DNA of 62,961 bases, counting the filler, from Globobulimina sp. (lineage: Eukaryota), in the NCBI GenBank assembly GCA_003354225.1. It is 34 parts of 34 records of this genome, joined end to end, with 100 filler letters (N's around TTAATTAATTAA, not from the genome) between each part and the next. Parts side by side here need not be neighbours in the genome. Positions count along the whole stretch, not along the records: positions 22,272 to 24,026 come from PIVH01012317.1; positions 24,127 to 25,881 come from PIVH01012318.1; positions 25,982 to 27,736 come from PIVH01012319.1; positions 27,837 to 29,591 come from PIVH01012320.1; positions 29,692 to 31,446 come from PIVH01012321.1; positions 31,547 to 33,301 come from PIVH01012322.1; positions 33,402 to 35,155 come from PIVH01012323.1; 27 more parts are not named here. One strand, written 5' to 3'. The notes under the pieces were generated by a model, which was not told where the DNA came from, ran no database searches, and was given only the letters and a program-made list of their open reading frames with translations. This document shows positions 22,274 through 33,640 of the stretch, piece by piece. Both the position numbers and the translations under genes were made by a program. Every line of letters begins with the position of its first letter. Position 1 is the stretch's first letter.

Positions 22274-23803
22274 TTGAAAGAGCATAATTTATATAGAAAC
22301 ACTTTCGCAAAGTCTGATAGCGTCAGATTACAAAACTTGAAATCTCGGCCAGAATTTAATGGAAAACTAGCAACGATCTGTGGTTCCTTTGTGCTATCCA
22401 AAGAACGCTGGCCCGTAAAAACCTATCCTGCCTTATCCCAGCCCTCAACAAAGTTTTTGGTTCAGACTCAAAATTTAGCTTTGTACGAAAGAGGCGGGCT
22501 TAGTGACATAGTCGTTGGCACCGCCATAACCATCGAAGAGGTAGCTGACCACGGCGAGACTATTTGTATTGGCCACCCATACAATGGCTATTACTCAGCA
22601 CCACGAAATGTGAAAAGCACAATTAATAAACAGATACAAATGGCGCAATTGACACAGTTTAAAGATGAAAAGATATCAATAATGAAGAATATTATACAGT
22701 TAAATAACAATAAGAAAATTGAAAGTTTGTTGATTAAGAATGAGTGGGATGTGAAGAAAGCAATCGATGCATATTATTTTGACCAATTCAAACGGGAAAC
22801 AGCTGCAATAAAATATGAACATGTTTGGGAATGGTTGGATGATTCAAAAGCAATGCAAGCGTTTGAATGGAAGCCATATGACAAACAATTGAATGAATGC
22901 TTTGATATTTTGCCAGTTTGTCATAGTAAATTAAGTTCGGATCATTTGTTTTGGAGTGGTTCGCATAAATATGTATTTAAAAAACTATCAAAAGATACTG
23001 GACAGCAAACGAATGTGGCAACGAATAAAACGAGGCCAGCGAGGCGGACCAAAGTGAAACAATCTGAGGGCTGCAGGTATCCACAGTTTTGGTCCTCGAA
23101 AGGCTGTACGTATCATGACTTTGATAATAATGATTTGTATTATGTGTCATCGGAAGTACTGCCAATCGAAAAGGATTATATTCAGCCAAAATATGTGTAT
23201 TTGGATATGCGGTCGAATATGGCCAAAGAGATAATGAATGCGTTTTATTTGACAGCTTTTAAGGTATTATATAAATTGCATTCTATTTAAATCCTGTATC
23301 GGTACTACATTAATATTAAGAATAAGTGCAAGATCATCAAAATTGCGTCTTTGCAGAATAGGTTTTTGTGGGATAAATATTATTCGGCAAAGAATGCATT
23401 GAAGAAAGCAATTGGCAAAAATAAAGTGAATGAACGCAACTTATGGCATGGAACAGATACGGATACAATACAAAAAATTGCGGAATTGGGATTTAGAAAA
23501 GAATTTAATTTCACGTGTTATTATGGTGAGGGGACATATTTTGCAGTGAATGCAGGATATTCGGTGTCATATTGCAAGAAAGCAAGAAAAGGTGTTTTTG
23601 AAATGTTATATTGTAAGGCGTTATGCGGTGAATCTGTTAAAGGGACACAGAAAAACACATTGATAAATTGGCCAATAAAAAGGGATGCAACTGGACAGAT
23701 TTATGATTCATTGGTTGATAACCTACAAAATCCGAAAATATATGTCATTCATGATGATGCTCGCGTGTATCCAATGTTTATTGTGTATTTCACGAAAAAA
23801 TAA
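22274..23803 (+). CDS. WWE-domain PARP-family (mono-)ADP-ribosyltransferase, 5'-partial
   Basis: UBA-like LIKNEWDVKKAIDAYY, WWE WEWLDD...WKPYD, intron 23264-23320, and catalytic LWHGT / YGEGTYFA / DSLVDNLQNPKIYVI...YP (H-Y-I triad). Confidence 0.9.
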
Positions 23804-23861
23804 TCATGTTATAAAATAATGCTTTTGTGCTGAAAACAAAGCTCACTCAACATATCTGATC

Positions 23862-24026
23862 ATGGGTTGTGCTCTCACTGCACCAAAGGAAGAAATAGGT
23901 ACTGTATGTTTTACATTAATTATACATACAACAATTAATAGCTTGATAACTAACTGTTTAGATGCAGCGGAACAAAAACAAATTTTGACGGATAATATCG
24001 ATTTGAAACAACAATTAAGTGACTTA
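23862..24026 (+). CDS. Hypothetical protein N-terminus (MGC, possible myristoylation/palmitoylation), 3'-partial
   Basis: MGCALTAPKEEI, a probable short intron at ~23899-23960, then a coiled-coil-like exon. Confidence 0.4.
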
Positions 24027-24127
24027 NNNNNNNNNNNNNNNNNNNNNNNNNNNNNNNNNNNNNNNNNNNNTTAATTAATTAANNNNNNNNNNNNNNNNNN
24101 NNNNNNNNNNNNNNNNNNNNNNNNNNG

Positions 24128-24301
24128 AATACTGACAACAATCAAATTGCCGGCTTGTATGCGTGTGGTGAGACCGCCGGAGGCATTCATGGCAAGAATC
24201 GGTTGGCTGGCAACTCTTTGGTCGATTGTGTTGTCTATGGACGCGTCGCCGGAAACTCTTGTGTGCGAATGTTAAATCAACAGAAAAGATCAAAATTATA
24301 A
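24128..24301 (+). CDS. Soluble flavoprotein fumarate reductase (Osm1/flavocytochrome c type) C-terminus with PTS1, 5'-partial
   Basis: Absent from the track. Hand translation: NTDNNQIAGLYACGETAGGIHGKNRLAGNSLVDCVVYGRVAGNSCVRMLNQQKRSKL*. Confidence 0.88.
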   Translation, partial: NTDNNQIAGLYACGETAGGIHGKNRLAGNSLVDCVVYGRVAGNSCVRMLNQQKRSKL

Positions 24302-24547
24302 AAACTATACATCATTGATATCTTTTACCAATTTGTAGTGTTTCTCGTCTCCTTTGTGTGACTTATTCTCTATAAAATTAGTATTATTTATACATTTACT
24401 AGCACTTTGCAATATATTTTAATTAATAATTATTATTCCCTTGGATCATTCCACCAACGTAAGTTATAAACGCATCATTCAAGATTTCTAAATGTTCATA
24501 GTAACTAAACTGAAAAAACGTCTTCAATCGAAACGACATTCCGATCC

Positions 24548-25881
24548 ATGTATTCCAAGAAGGCAGAACAGCCACTAAGCAGTAAAACAGTTTCAGATGA
24601 ATTAGCATCTAAATTAGAAAAACGACCAACTGCACAACAAGCCGGTATAAATAATAAACTCGCAGCAACACTCCAAGCAACTGCAAAGAAATTAGAGACT
24701 GAACAAAAAAAAGACATCGTATGTTTCCATATAAATCCATCCGTACAACTGGTTATTTTCGTGCATGTTGTATTCGAGGGTAGTTTCCATTTTTTGCACT
24801 GGTTCATCCTGTATTAACTTTCATAGCGACACTTAATTTATCCATATCTGTTTCGTGCAGTTATATACTTTACATACATGTGTTTTTCGTTGATTTTATC
24901 ATGCTCGAAAATAGCATATGCACCAAAAATAACCAGTTCTACGGTATTATACCCATTCATGCTCTAAACAAATAGGTCCATCAAACGCTCAAAACCCGAC
25001 CCCCACCAAATGCCGTAGGCATAGACACAAACATTGCACCATCCATCCAACCAACCGCTAAAACATTAAGTCATAAAATCCGTCGTGATTCACTTAAAAA
25101 TTGCCTAAAATCCCGCCCTGAATTCCAAGAATTAATCGACAGTGGCATATTAAAACCATTTTCATCCAAATTAGCCGCCTCCTTACAATTAGATGCCTGT
25201 GCCTTGGAAGAAGCCCTCGCGGGACAAGTATCCAAGCAATATTTGCAAGACATCGGTATCTTAGATCCATATAAAAAGCACGTCAACTCTGACCCCATTG
25301 ATATCGAAGCCGCCTCCGGTTTATTACTACGCGAATTAGTACATAGACGTAGTTCCACCAAAGGTTGCACCCAATTTGGTTTTAATACCGGTATCTCGCC
25401 CTCCATTCAGCAAACCGCCAAAGATTTAGACGTCCAGCAGAAGAAAGACAAACTATCCGCAGCCTTAACCAGTCGACCCTCACCGCGCGGCGTCATGGAT
25501 AAACAGGTCGAGCAGTTAGGTTATGACAGCAAAGCGGCGCCTTCTTTGCAGCAAACCATCAAAGATTTAGGCCGCGAGATGATCAAAGACACATTGACCA
25601 ACCTATTAAAAAGCCGCCAGCAATATGCATGCGATGAGAAAACAGACGAAAAAAAGGAATATTCGCCTCAATTAGCACCACGTTTGCAAGGCATTGCTAA
25701 CAAATTAGCCATGGAGCAGAAGAAAGACACCTTATCACAATCACTCAAATCGCGACCCGATGCACGGGAATTGATCGACAAAGGCATATTGAAAGCATAT
25801 GCTTCTTCATTGGCGAACAGATTGCAACTAAACGCCGATATGTTGGAGAAACAATTAGCGATTCGTGTCAATGCAGAGTAC
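24548..25881 (+). CDS. RPEL-repeat (G-actin-binding) protein, 3'-partial
   Basis: Intron 24719-24975. Repeats LEKRPTA, LKTRPPP, LKSRPEFQELIDSGIL, LTSRPSP and LKSRPDARELIDKGIL. Confidence 0.75.
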
Positions 25882-26057
25882 NNNNNNNNNNNNNNNNNNN
25901 NNNNNNNNNNNNNNNNNNNNNNNNNTTAATTAATTAANNNNNNNNNNNNNNNNNNNNNNNNNNNNNNNNNNNNNNNNNNNNTTATAATGGATATTATCTG
26001 TCATAATTGTAGCAAAAAAAATATAAACAAACCTGTATTAATGCGCCATACGCCAAT

Positions 26058-26126
26058 ATCTCACGCCAGGATTTGAACCTGGATTCCCTGCATAAAACAG
26101 TGCTCTACTAATTGAGCTACGCGAGA
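26058..26126 (-). tRNA. tRNA-like gene or pseudogene with a shortened anticodon arm (loop centred on TTA)
   Basis: Acceptor TCTCGCG/CGTGAGA, D arm GCTC-AATTAGTA-GAGC, anticodon arm CTG-TTTTATG-CAG (4 nt short), T arm CCAGG-TTCAAAT-CCTGG. A and B boxes are intact and a T8 run follows ~37 nt downstream. Confidence 0.75.
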
Positions 26127-26256
26127 TTTATGCACCAGCAAATCACAAACAACAAACTGAATATGTTTTGTTGGTATATGGATATAAAAGCTAATGCTGA
26201 GGTGTTCGATAAGATCAGTACAAAACAAAAAAAACATTTTCGAACAGCAAAAAAAA

Positions 26257-27133
26257 TCAGTACTTATCGGAAAGCCCTATTTGAGTGTTGACTCCTTTCA
26301 TTTCTTCAAACCTGTCATGTTTATATTTAGTACCACAACCTCTTTTCTTTCCACCAACATTTTGATGATTTGCAAAATGATGTCCATCAATTATTTTCCT
26401 CATCTTAGCCAATATTTCGGAAACCCCGGGTCCAAATCCTTTTTGTTCTGACACAATGCATCAAAATGACAGACATCATCATATCCTATAATTTCATTCT
26501 CCCAGTCATGTTCCGGATATTTCTTCATTAAATTCACCAACTGAGCCCATTGCTGTATTAATGTTTCTGCTCTGTAATTCTCATAAAATATCATATAAAC
26601 ACTACATGGACAACAACCGACTTGGATACCAGCTGTACTCTTTCACGCATGTTTTTTTTGTGTTTTATATCTTGGTGCTGCTTCTGCTGATCAAGTGTTG
26701 TGTTGTTTGATATGATTAATACTGTTATAAAGTTGTGGCTCCATAATTTTGCGCTTTTAGTGTTACTGATATGCTATAAGAGTGTTCCCTGTACATGATA
26801 AAAATAAACGGTGCATGTTCCTGGTGCCATATATTAATTATATTTTATTATAATAGATCTAAATAACTGACTAACGTGTTTTTTTTTAATGGCACAAACA
26901 GTTTTTCGTTAGTCTATTGGATAGGGAGCACCAACCACGTTGCTCACAGATGCCTTGCAATCATTTGAATGGTTGATTGTACAGTAATTCACAAAACACA
27001 CCAGAAACTGATTGGCGATCTCAAACGAAAAAGAAGTGTCGAAGATGACATTGTATATGACATTTGAAGTGTCTGACATCATAAGATTTATATGGATTGA
27101 AGCACGTGGATTGAAGGATGAAAATGTGGACAA
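26257..27133 (-). mobile_element. Degenerate KDZ/Dada-like DDE transposase remnant
   Basis: STAGIQVGCCPCSV...ENYRAET, IGYDDVCHF, IDGHHFANH...C and GVNTQI match the KDZ-type pattern (GI...CP.G, YD..C, DxxH..H..C, NT). It is interrupted by stops and frameshifts. Upstream R.TVCA fragment at ~26890. Confidence 0.6.
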
Positions 27134-27546
27134 ATTAAATTAAACGTTAATTAGATGAATTAAATTGGATTAGATTGAGAGGAGAGATTGAATAAAGAAA
27201 ATATGTGTTTAGCTCAATTTTTTTTGTTGTTGAAATATGAAATATTAAATTATACCTAAAATATACCGAAATTATAGTGTTAATTTGAGGAATTTAGTTG
27301 CTAAACCTCATAAAGAGGTATTTGGATTTTTGGGAATATGATTTAATTAATATAATAATAACAGAGCGAGGCCAGAGTAATGCAAAATAAGCACCTCCTG
27401 CAATGCACACCCCCGTTACAAAAAGGAAAAAAGTAAACTCTGTCATTGAAACACGAAGAGCGAGTAAAGAAAAGTTTTTTTGTTGATGAAACATCAGCAA
27501 AAAACTACTTAAGTCACATACTGCTTCTTTAGAAATACTGCTTATG

Positions 27547-27578
27547 GGAAGGAAAATAGGTTAAAAATATAATGTTAA
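27547..27578 (+). repeat. Dispersed copy of the MITE-like TIR at 6257
   Basis: GGAAGGAAAATAGGTTAAAAATATAATGTTAA versus GGAAGGAAAATAGGTTAATAATAAAATGTTAA (2 mismatches in 32). Confidence 0.8.
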
Positions 27579-27836
27579 AAGAACCGCCCATCTGGTGAAG
27601 GGCGACTACAGGAGACTGATTTGCCCAGAACTGGCTGCAAGTCGTCAAATTATTTAGGTTAAATTCCTTGTTTTTGGTTATTTTTCCAAATGTGCTCATT
27701 ATTTCAATACAAATATAATTTTCTCGCCACTAAACTNNNNNNNNNNNNNNNNNNNNNNNNNNNNNNNNNNNNNNNNNNNNTTAATTAATTAANNNNNNNN
27801 NNNNNNNNNNNNNNNNNNNNNNNNNNNNNNNNNNNN

Positions 27837-29591
27837 GTGATTCACGATTACTCAATTCTTCCAGAACCCGCAGCAATATCCAATAAATTAATAATTGCAT
27901 CCCTACCAGAAAGGCCATTGCACTAAATAACAGTAATAAACCAGATGCAGACATTACCATTGATACCACAATTAACATAAAACGCAAGTAATGCTCAACA
28001 TCGCCTTGCAACCCGTACATCCAATACGCAATTGTGCCCATAATGTATGTCAATATGATATGTTGCGGTGTTTCTGCCAAAGTCCTGCCAATGAAAAACG
28101 AAATGGGTCGATACATTCCAGAGGCCTGTTCCCGATTAAATATGGAGCGTTCCAACGGAAATAACATCAGTATATCAAACGGAAAAAACGACAGCATCAA
28201 CACAATCAATGCAATTGCGGATATACGATCGAATGATGACTGTTGCGATAAATCTAACTGCCAATACACAGAACCAAACAGTAATGGCATAGCAATCGCA
28301 TTAAAGGCTTGGGTCATTGTTGCGATGGGTTCTGAATATTTTATAAAAGCGGGACAACACAAATAAGTAAAGTAGAAAAATGCAAATAATATATGGTGTT
28401 ACTGTTACCTCTCCACTTGTGTATAAATGAACGTTGACAGATCACCAATATTTGATTGTGAATTGGTGTGATATAGAATTGCGTAGTGATAGTATTAAAT
28501 ATATGGTCCCCATGACTCGCTGTGGGCACTGAATAATCCAATGCCTGTTTTCGAAAACTTGACTGTTGATAAAATGCTGCCAGTTTGATGACAATTTCGT
28601 GTCGCGAATCGAACATTGATCCTGATTTCTGATTTTCATTCGCTTTGTTTTCATTAATATCAACCATTTGAATATCGGATTGCAACGTTTGTGCTGTTGA
28701 CTCATCATCGCCGTCGGCATTATCTGTCGTGTTTACTAAATCCAACAAAAAATCAGCAGGATTCTCATATTCTGGACATTTATAACCTGCATCTTCAAAG
28801 AATTGCAAACAGTCAGGAACCGATGGTCCAAAATATAATTCACGTCCTTTACCCAAAAAATATATTTTGTCAAACATAGCTGCCAAGGAATACCGTGGCT
28901 GAAATACAGAAATATGATACAGTGCAATAATTAAACTGCTATATGCGTAGGAAAAAGACACGTAACCTGATGAACCGTGCACAAAATTGTAATGTTTCTG
29001 TTTTGTGCCAATTTCTTCAATATTCTACCAACCATCAAAGCCGAAGCTGAATCTAAACCGCTCGTAGGCTCATCCAACAGTAATAAAGATGGTTTATTTA
29101 ATATTTCCAATCCGATTGCCAATCGTCTACGCTCTCCGCCAGAGATTCCGCCACCGACAGTTCCAATGATTGTATGACGACATTTGTTCAAATCTAATTC
29201 GTTAATTACATCATTTACACGCTGTAAACGTCGTTTTTTGCTGAAAGCTTGTGGCAGCTTTAAATTTGCTGCGAATTTTAAAGTTTCCAACACTGTCAAG
29301 GACTGAAAATATAAATCGTCTGATTATTACACAAAAGTATACAGATTGTACGTAGAAAATATTTTTTTTTTGAAAATAAATACCTTGAATAACATATCCA
29401 GTAAAACGAGCAAAATTAATTGGTCTGGGCACTTCGTTAAAGAGTACTTTGCCGGTTACACCAAGCACATTTCTGCCAGCAATGCAATTTAAAAATGAGG
29501 ACTTGCCTGAACCGGAAGGGCCAATGACTGCGATTAATTCGCCGGGTTTAACCTGATTGAAATTTAAATTTGTTTGTTTTTGTTTGGGCTG
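27837..29591 (-). CDS. ABCG (White-family) half transporter, partial, multi-exon
   Basis: Walker A GPSGSGKSS, signature ISGGERRR, Walker B LLLDEPTSGLDS, CTVHQP, CPEYENPADFLLD, and TMD ERSIFNREQASGMY. Several short introns. Confidence 0.95.
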
Positions 29592-29692
29592 NNNNNNNNN
29601 NNNNNNNNNNNNNNNNNNNNNNNNNNNNNNNNNNNTTAATTAATTAANNNNNNNNNNNNNNNNNNNNNNNNNNNNNNNNNNNNNNNNNNNNA

Positions 29693-31446
29693 CTGAAAGC
29701 ATTATATTTGAAGTACCAGATTAATTTGGTACACGATATACTGGGAAACATCCACAATAAAGATGCCAGAAATGCCATAGTAAGTCGTTTGCTATTGGAT
29801 GAACAATTGGCTAAAATGAGACGAGCACCCTCTGTAATGTTATTGGAATACTATGGAACTCCTGAAGAATTGACAATTCGATCCGATGGAATACAGGAGT
29901 GGGCACAAGGATCAGAATTGGCTCGAAGTGGAAAACATTGGGATACGACCGTAATGTTTGGACCAGGTACAACTAATTTAAAGTATGCCCAAGGAGGAAG
30001 GTTATTGTTTGGAACTGCTTATGAAGCACCCAATGATACTACCACATTCGACGTAGTAGCAACAATAATCCATGTTAGTCGTTTGATACTATTTCGGATT
30101 ACGGATGGCTCATGGCGTCGAATATCTGCTTTAAGGAAAATGGCTGGATTGGACACAGTGTATATTTCCAATATGGGATGGATATCATATATCCAAAATT
30201 ATAAAGGAGAGTATCTTGAGAAAACAGGATACCTCAAAAGTTGGTTTCGAACGAAAGATGACAATGCTCGTGGATGGGGTCATGAAGATAGAGTCACAGT
30301 TGACTTTAATCAACCATATGTAACTCAATTCGTACCTGACGATCGTGTAGTCTTGCGAATTCGAATACAGGACCAACCTTATGATGTATGGGACAACGAA
30401 GGGTTACCTGGACGACCAATATTAATGCCCAGAGGAATGCGTTGTCGCATGTATGCAGAGACAGGACAATTTGTGTATCGAACACGAGTAGAAGAAACAA
30501 TAGGAGTCATTAAGAATTTTGTCAAAGCAAATGAGAATCGTACAGCTGACCTCCGTCTTGTAGGTACAGATACACCAAAAGATATCATATTGTGGACAGT
30601 AGTGGTATCCAGCTCAGACGGAACAGCAGAAAATATATCAGTCAACCCATGCTTTATGTTCCCACAGAGAGACACTTACAATGCCGATACAGCATCAGTC
30701 GGAGCCTTTTGTTATTTGTATTATATTCCTTCGAAAATATCCAAAGTTATGGTTCCTCGAGAGAGACGTATTGTTCCAGATGGAGAAACATCAATGACGG
30801 ACAGTAGTACATCGGAAGAAGAAGGAGAAGTCCATCACAAACATCAACCGGTGCTAACACCAGCACAAGTGGTAAAATGTGTTATTGGTGAAGAAGCATG
30901 GAAACGGTTATTTGCATGGGCAACACCATCAGCAATCAGTACTGCATTCATCCCTAAGTCATGGCGCCATCTTAGGCCTGGATTTCACGATTTTGACTTC
31001 TTAATCATGATGTATTCTAGAATTCATGCTTTGTTGGTTCTAAATGAATTGAGCATCATCAGAAAGCGATCAGCACAATTGAAATTGAATGTTACAGCAT
31101 TCATTAAGCATCGGTATCCGAATCTGGTCCTTGAAATTTTTGTACCCAAGGCCCGGTATTGCCCAAGTACAAAGCTCAAAAAGATCATTAGCCAGTTTAC
31201 ATTTCACTTAAGTAAACCATTGGCGATCAAATTGATGCATTCTGTAGTGGAACCGGAAGATGGAGTACAAACTTTCTTGGTAGATAATAACGTTCCGGGA
31301 GGCAATGCATATGTGACACAAATCAAACAGGTGTATGTCGACGAAGACGTAATCCGCGACACGGATGGTCCGATTTGGGCCTCCAATACTCTGGACACAC
31401 CAGATCCACGTTTAGCGACAGATCAACCCCCACCTGCTGGTGTCAA
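29693..31446 (+). CDS. Uncharacterised intronless ORF spanning the whole contig
   Basis: About 585 codons with no stop, less AT-rich than its neighbours, and no motif recognised. Confidence 0.7.
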
Positions 31447-31622
31447 NNNNNNNNNNNNNNNNNNNNNNNNNNNNNNNNNNNNNNNNNNNNTTAATTAATT
31501 AANNNNNNNNNNNNNNNNNNNNNNNNNNNNNNNNNNNNNNNNNNNNGGTACCATGGTCTGTATAATAACTGCTTTCAAAAAACTTAGTTATTCAAAGTGA
31601 ACGAGTGCGAGTACCGAAAAGC

Positions 31623-33301
31623 ATGGCGTATTTAGTTTTAACCAACCTGATCATAATCTATATACTCTGTACAAGTTAGGTTTAATATATCATCCCCAAA
31701 CATACCCAAATATCATTTATATTAATTATACTTTGCAGGATGTATATCGGAAACGATTTATTGTAGAAATTCCACTGACTGCGCAGGCAAAGATATAAAA
31801 TGTAATACCAACTCAACAAACAACATATGTGACATACAATGTTTATTTGCTGGATCGTGTTCAGAATCCAACATATTTTGTCCACCAAACAAAAAATGTA
31901 CGATTACATGTTCGGGAGGACTTTCATGCAATAAAATGACAGCAAATTGTATCGAGACAGATGCTGAATGTAATGTTATCGGTTACGGTAATTATGCATT
32001 GAATAACATGCAATTAAATTGCCATAAAGCCAGCTGTATCGTGGCATGTAATGGCATAGCTTCGTGTTTAAATGCCACCTTTGATGGATATCCAGACTCT
32101 AATTTAACCATAAAATGTAATGATAATGCAATTGATCCCAATGGAGCTGATTCGAATTTTGCCTGCAAAAATATTAATGTTCATTGTCCTAAAAACAAAA
32201 ATGGAAATAAATTGTGCATCATTGACAGTTTAAGCCAAAACAAAGCAATGCTGCATTCTGATTTGAATATATATGCAATGGACAGTTGGTTGGATATAGA
32301 TTTAACTGAATATAAAACAAATATTATGGCCGGTACATCATCGATGCACTGTAACAACAATTTTAGCTCAAAATGCTTGATTGAGAATATTACAGTTGAC
32401 AATGAATGGAATTGTATGAATAAATCATCACTTTGTTATACAGATTACAGTGATATCGACGATGATGACATTGATTATGCATTGATTATTGGTTTAAGTG
32501 TGGGTGCTTTTTTTTGTTTAATTATTGCTTTGTGCATTGGTTTATATTTGAAAAAAGATGAAGAATTATTTGCTGAGCAATATGAGCAACATGAAAAATA
32601 TGAGAAACAGCAAATTATGACAGCTGCAGTTACAGCGTCAGAAACAGATGCATTAAAATCACAAATGACAGAAGATACACATGCGACAGTTGCAGCAGAT
32701 GACTCTGAAGAGGATGGCAATATAAACAGTGTGGACTTTACCGAATATAAACGAATGATGCAATCAATATTTTGTACGTTTGCAGGGTACCAACCATGGG
32801 CCAAAAAGCGTGGATTATATATGAAAGTTGCAGAGTTGCAAACGTTTTTGGACATTGTTAATATTAAGGATGACGCGGAGGATGTATTGAGGTTAATTGA
32901 TACGGATATATGTGATGGTAGGATAACATTGAATGAATGGATGGAGTATTTCGTGGATGTCAGTGTAAATAAAGATATATTTAAAATAAAAAAGCATATC
33001 GAAGCGCAAGAGACCTGGTTATTATTAGTAAAAGCAATTAAAATATTTTCAATGTGCGATAAAAATCATACGGGCAAATTAGAATATAGTGAATTCCAAC
33101 AAGTTGGAACAAGTATTGGCTTAAATGATGAAGAGACGGAGATATTGTGGCATACGATGGATACGGACGATTCGGGCAGTATTGATATTGTTGAAATGTT
33201 TGAGTGGTTTAGATTGAGGTTGTATCAACAAAGAGGACGTATTTCCAGTCAGAAACAACCATCTTTAGTGTTTAAGAAATCTGACCTTGTCGATCTTGAG
33301 G
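31623..33301 (+). CDS. Single-pass membrane protein: signal peptide, Cys-rich repeats, TM, cytoplasmic EF-hands; 3'-partial
   Basis: MAYLVLTNLIIIYILC, intron 31675-31738, CxxxC..xxSC repeats, TM LIIGLSVGAFFCLIIALCIGLYL, and EF loops DKNHTGKLEYSE and DTDDSGSIDIVE. Confidence 0.8.
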
Positions 33302-33640
33302 NNNNNNNNNNNNNNNNNNNNNNNNNNNNNNNNNNNNNNNNNNNNTTAATTAATTAANNNNNNNNNNNNNNNNNNNNNNNNNNNNNNNNNNNNNNNNNNN
33401 NTTCCATATTGTTGTGTTTACGGTGTTAATTATTTTGGTCAACAAATACATTGCCAAATAAATGAAATATGGATATAATATTACAAGCAGATATATGCGC
33501 CAACACGATAACAATAATATTTGTGGAGTGCAAAAGTACGCGGTGCATGGTTTGATTGCATTGTGATTGTCAGTCAATATTATACGAGCATATAAAGGCA
33601 ATAAAAAAATTAACATTATTTATGAAAAAAAGGTTTGGAA

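Noticed and set aside
26080-26100. Genome-wide UAA reassignment implied by the TTA-centred tRNA-like loop
   Set aside because: Conserved genes (PARP, H2A, fumarate reductase, CNT) end at TAA at the expected positions, and long ORFs lack internal TAA.
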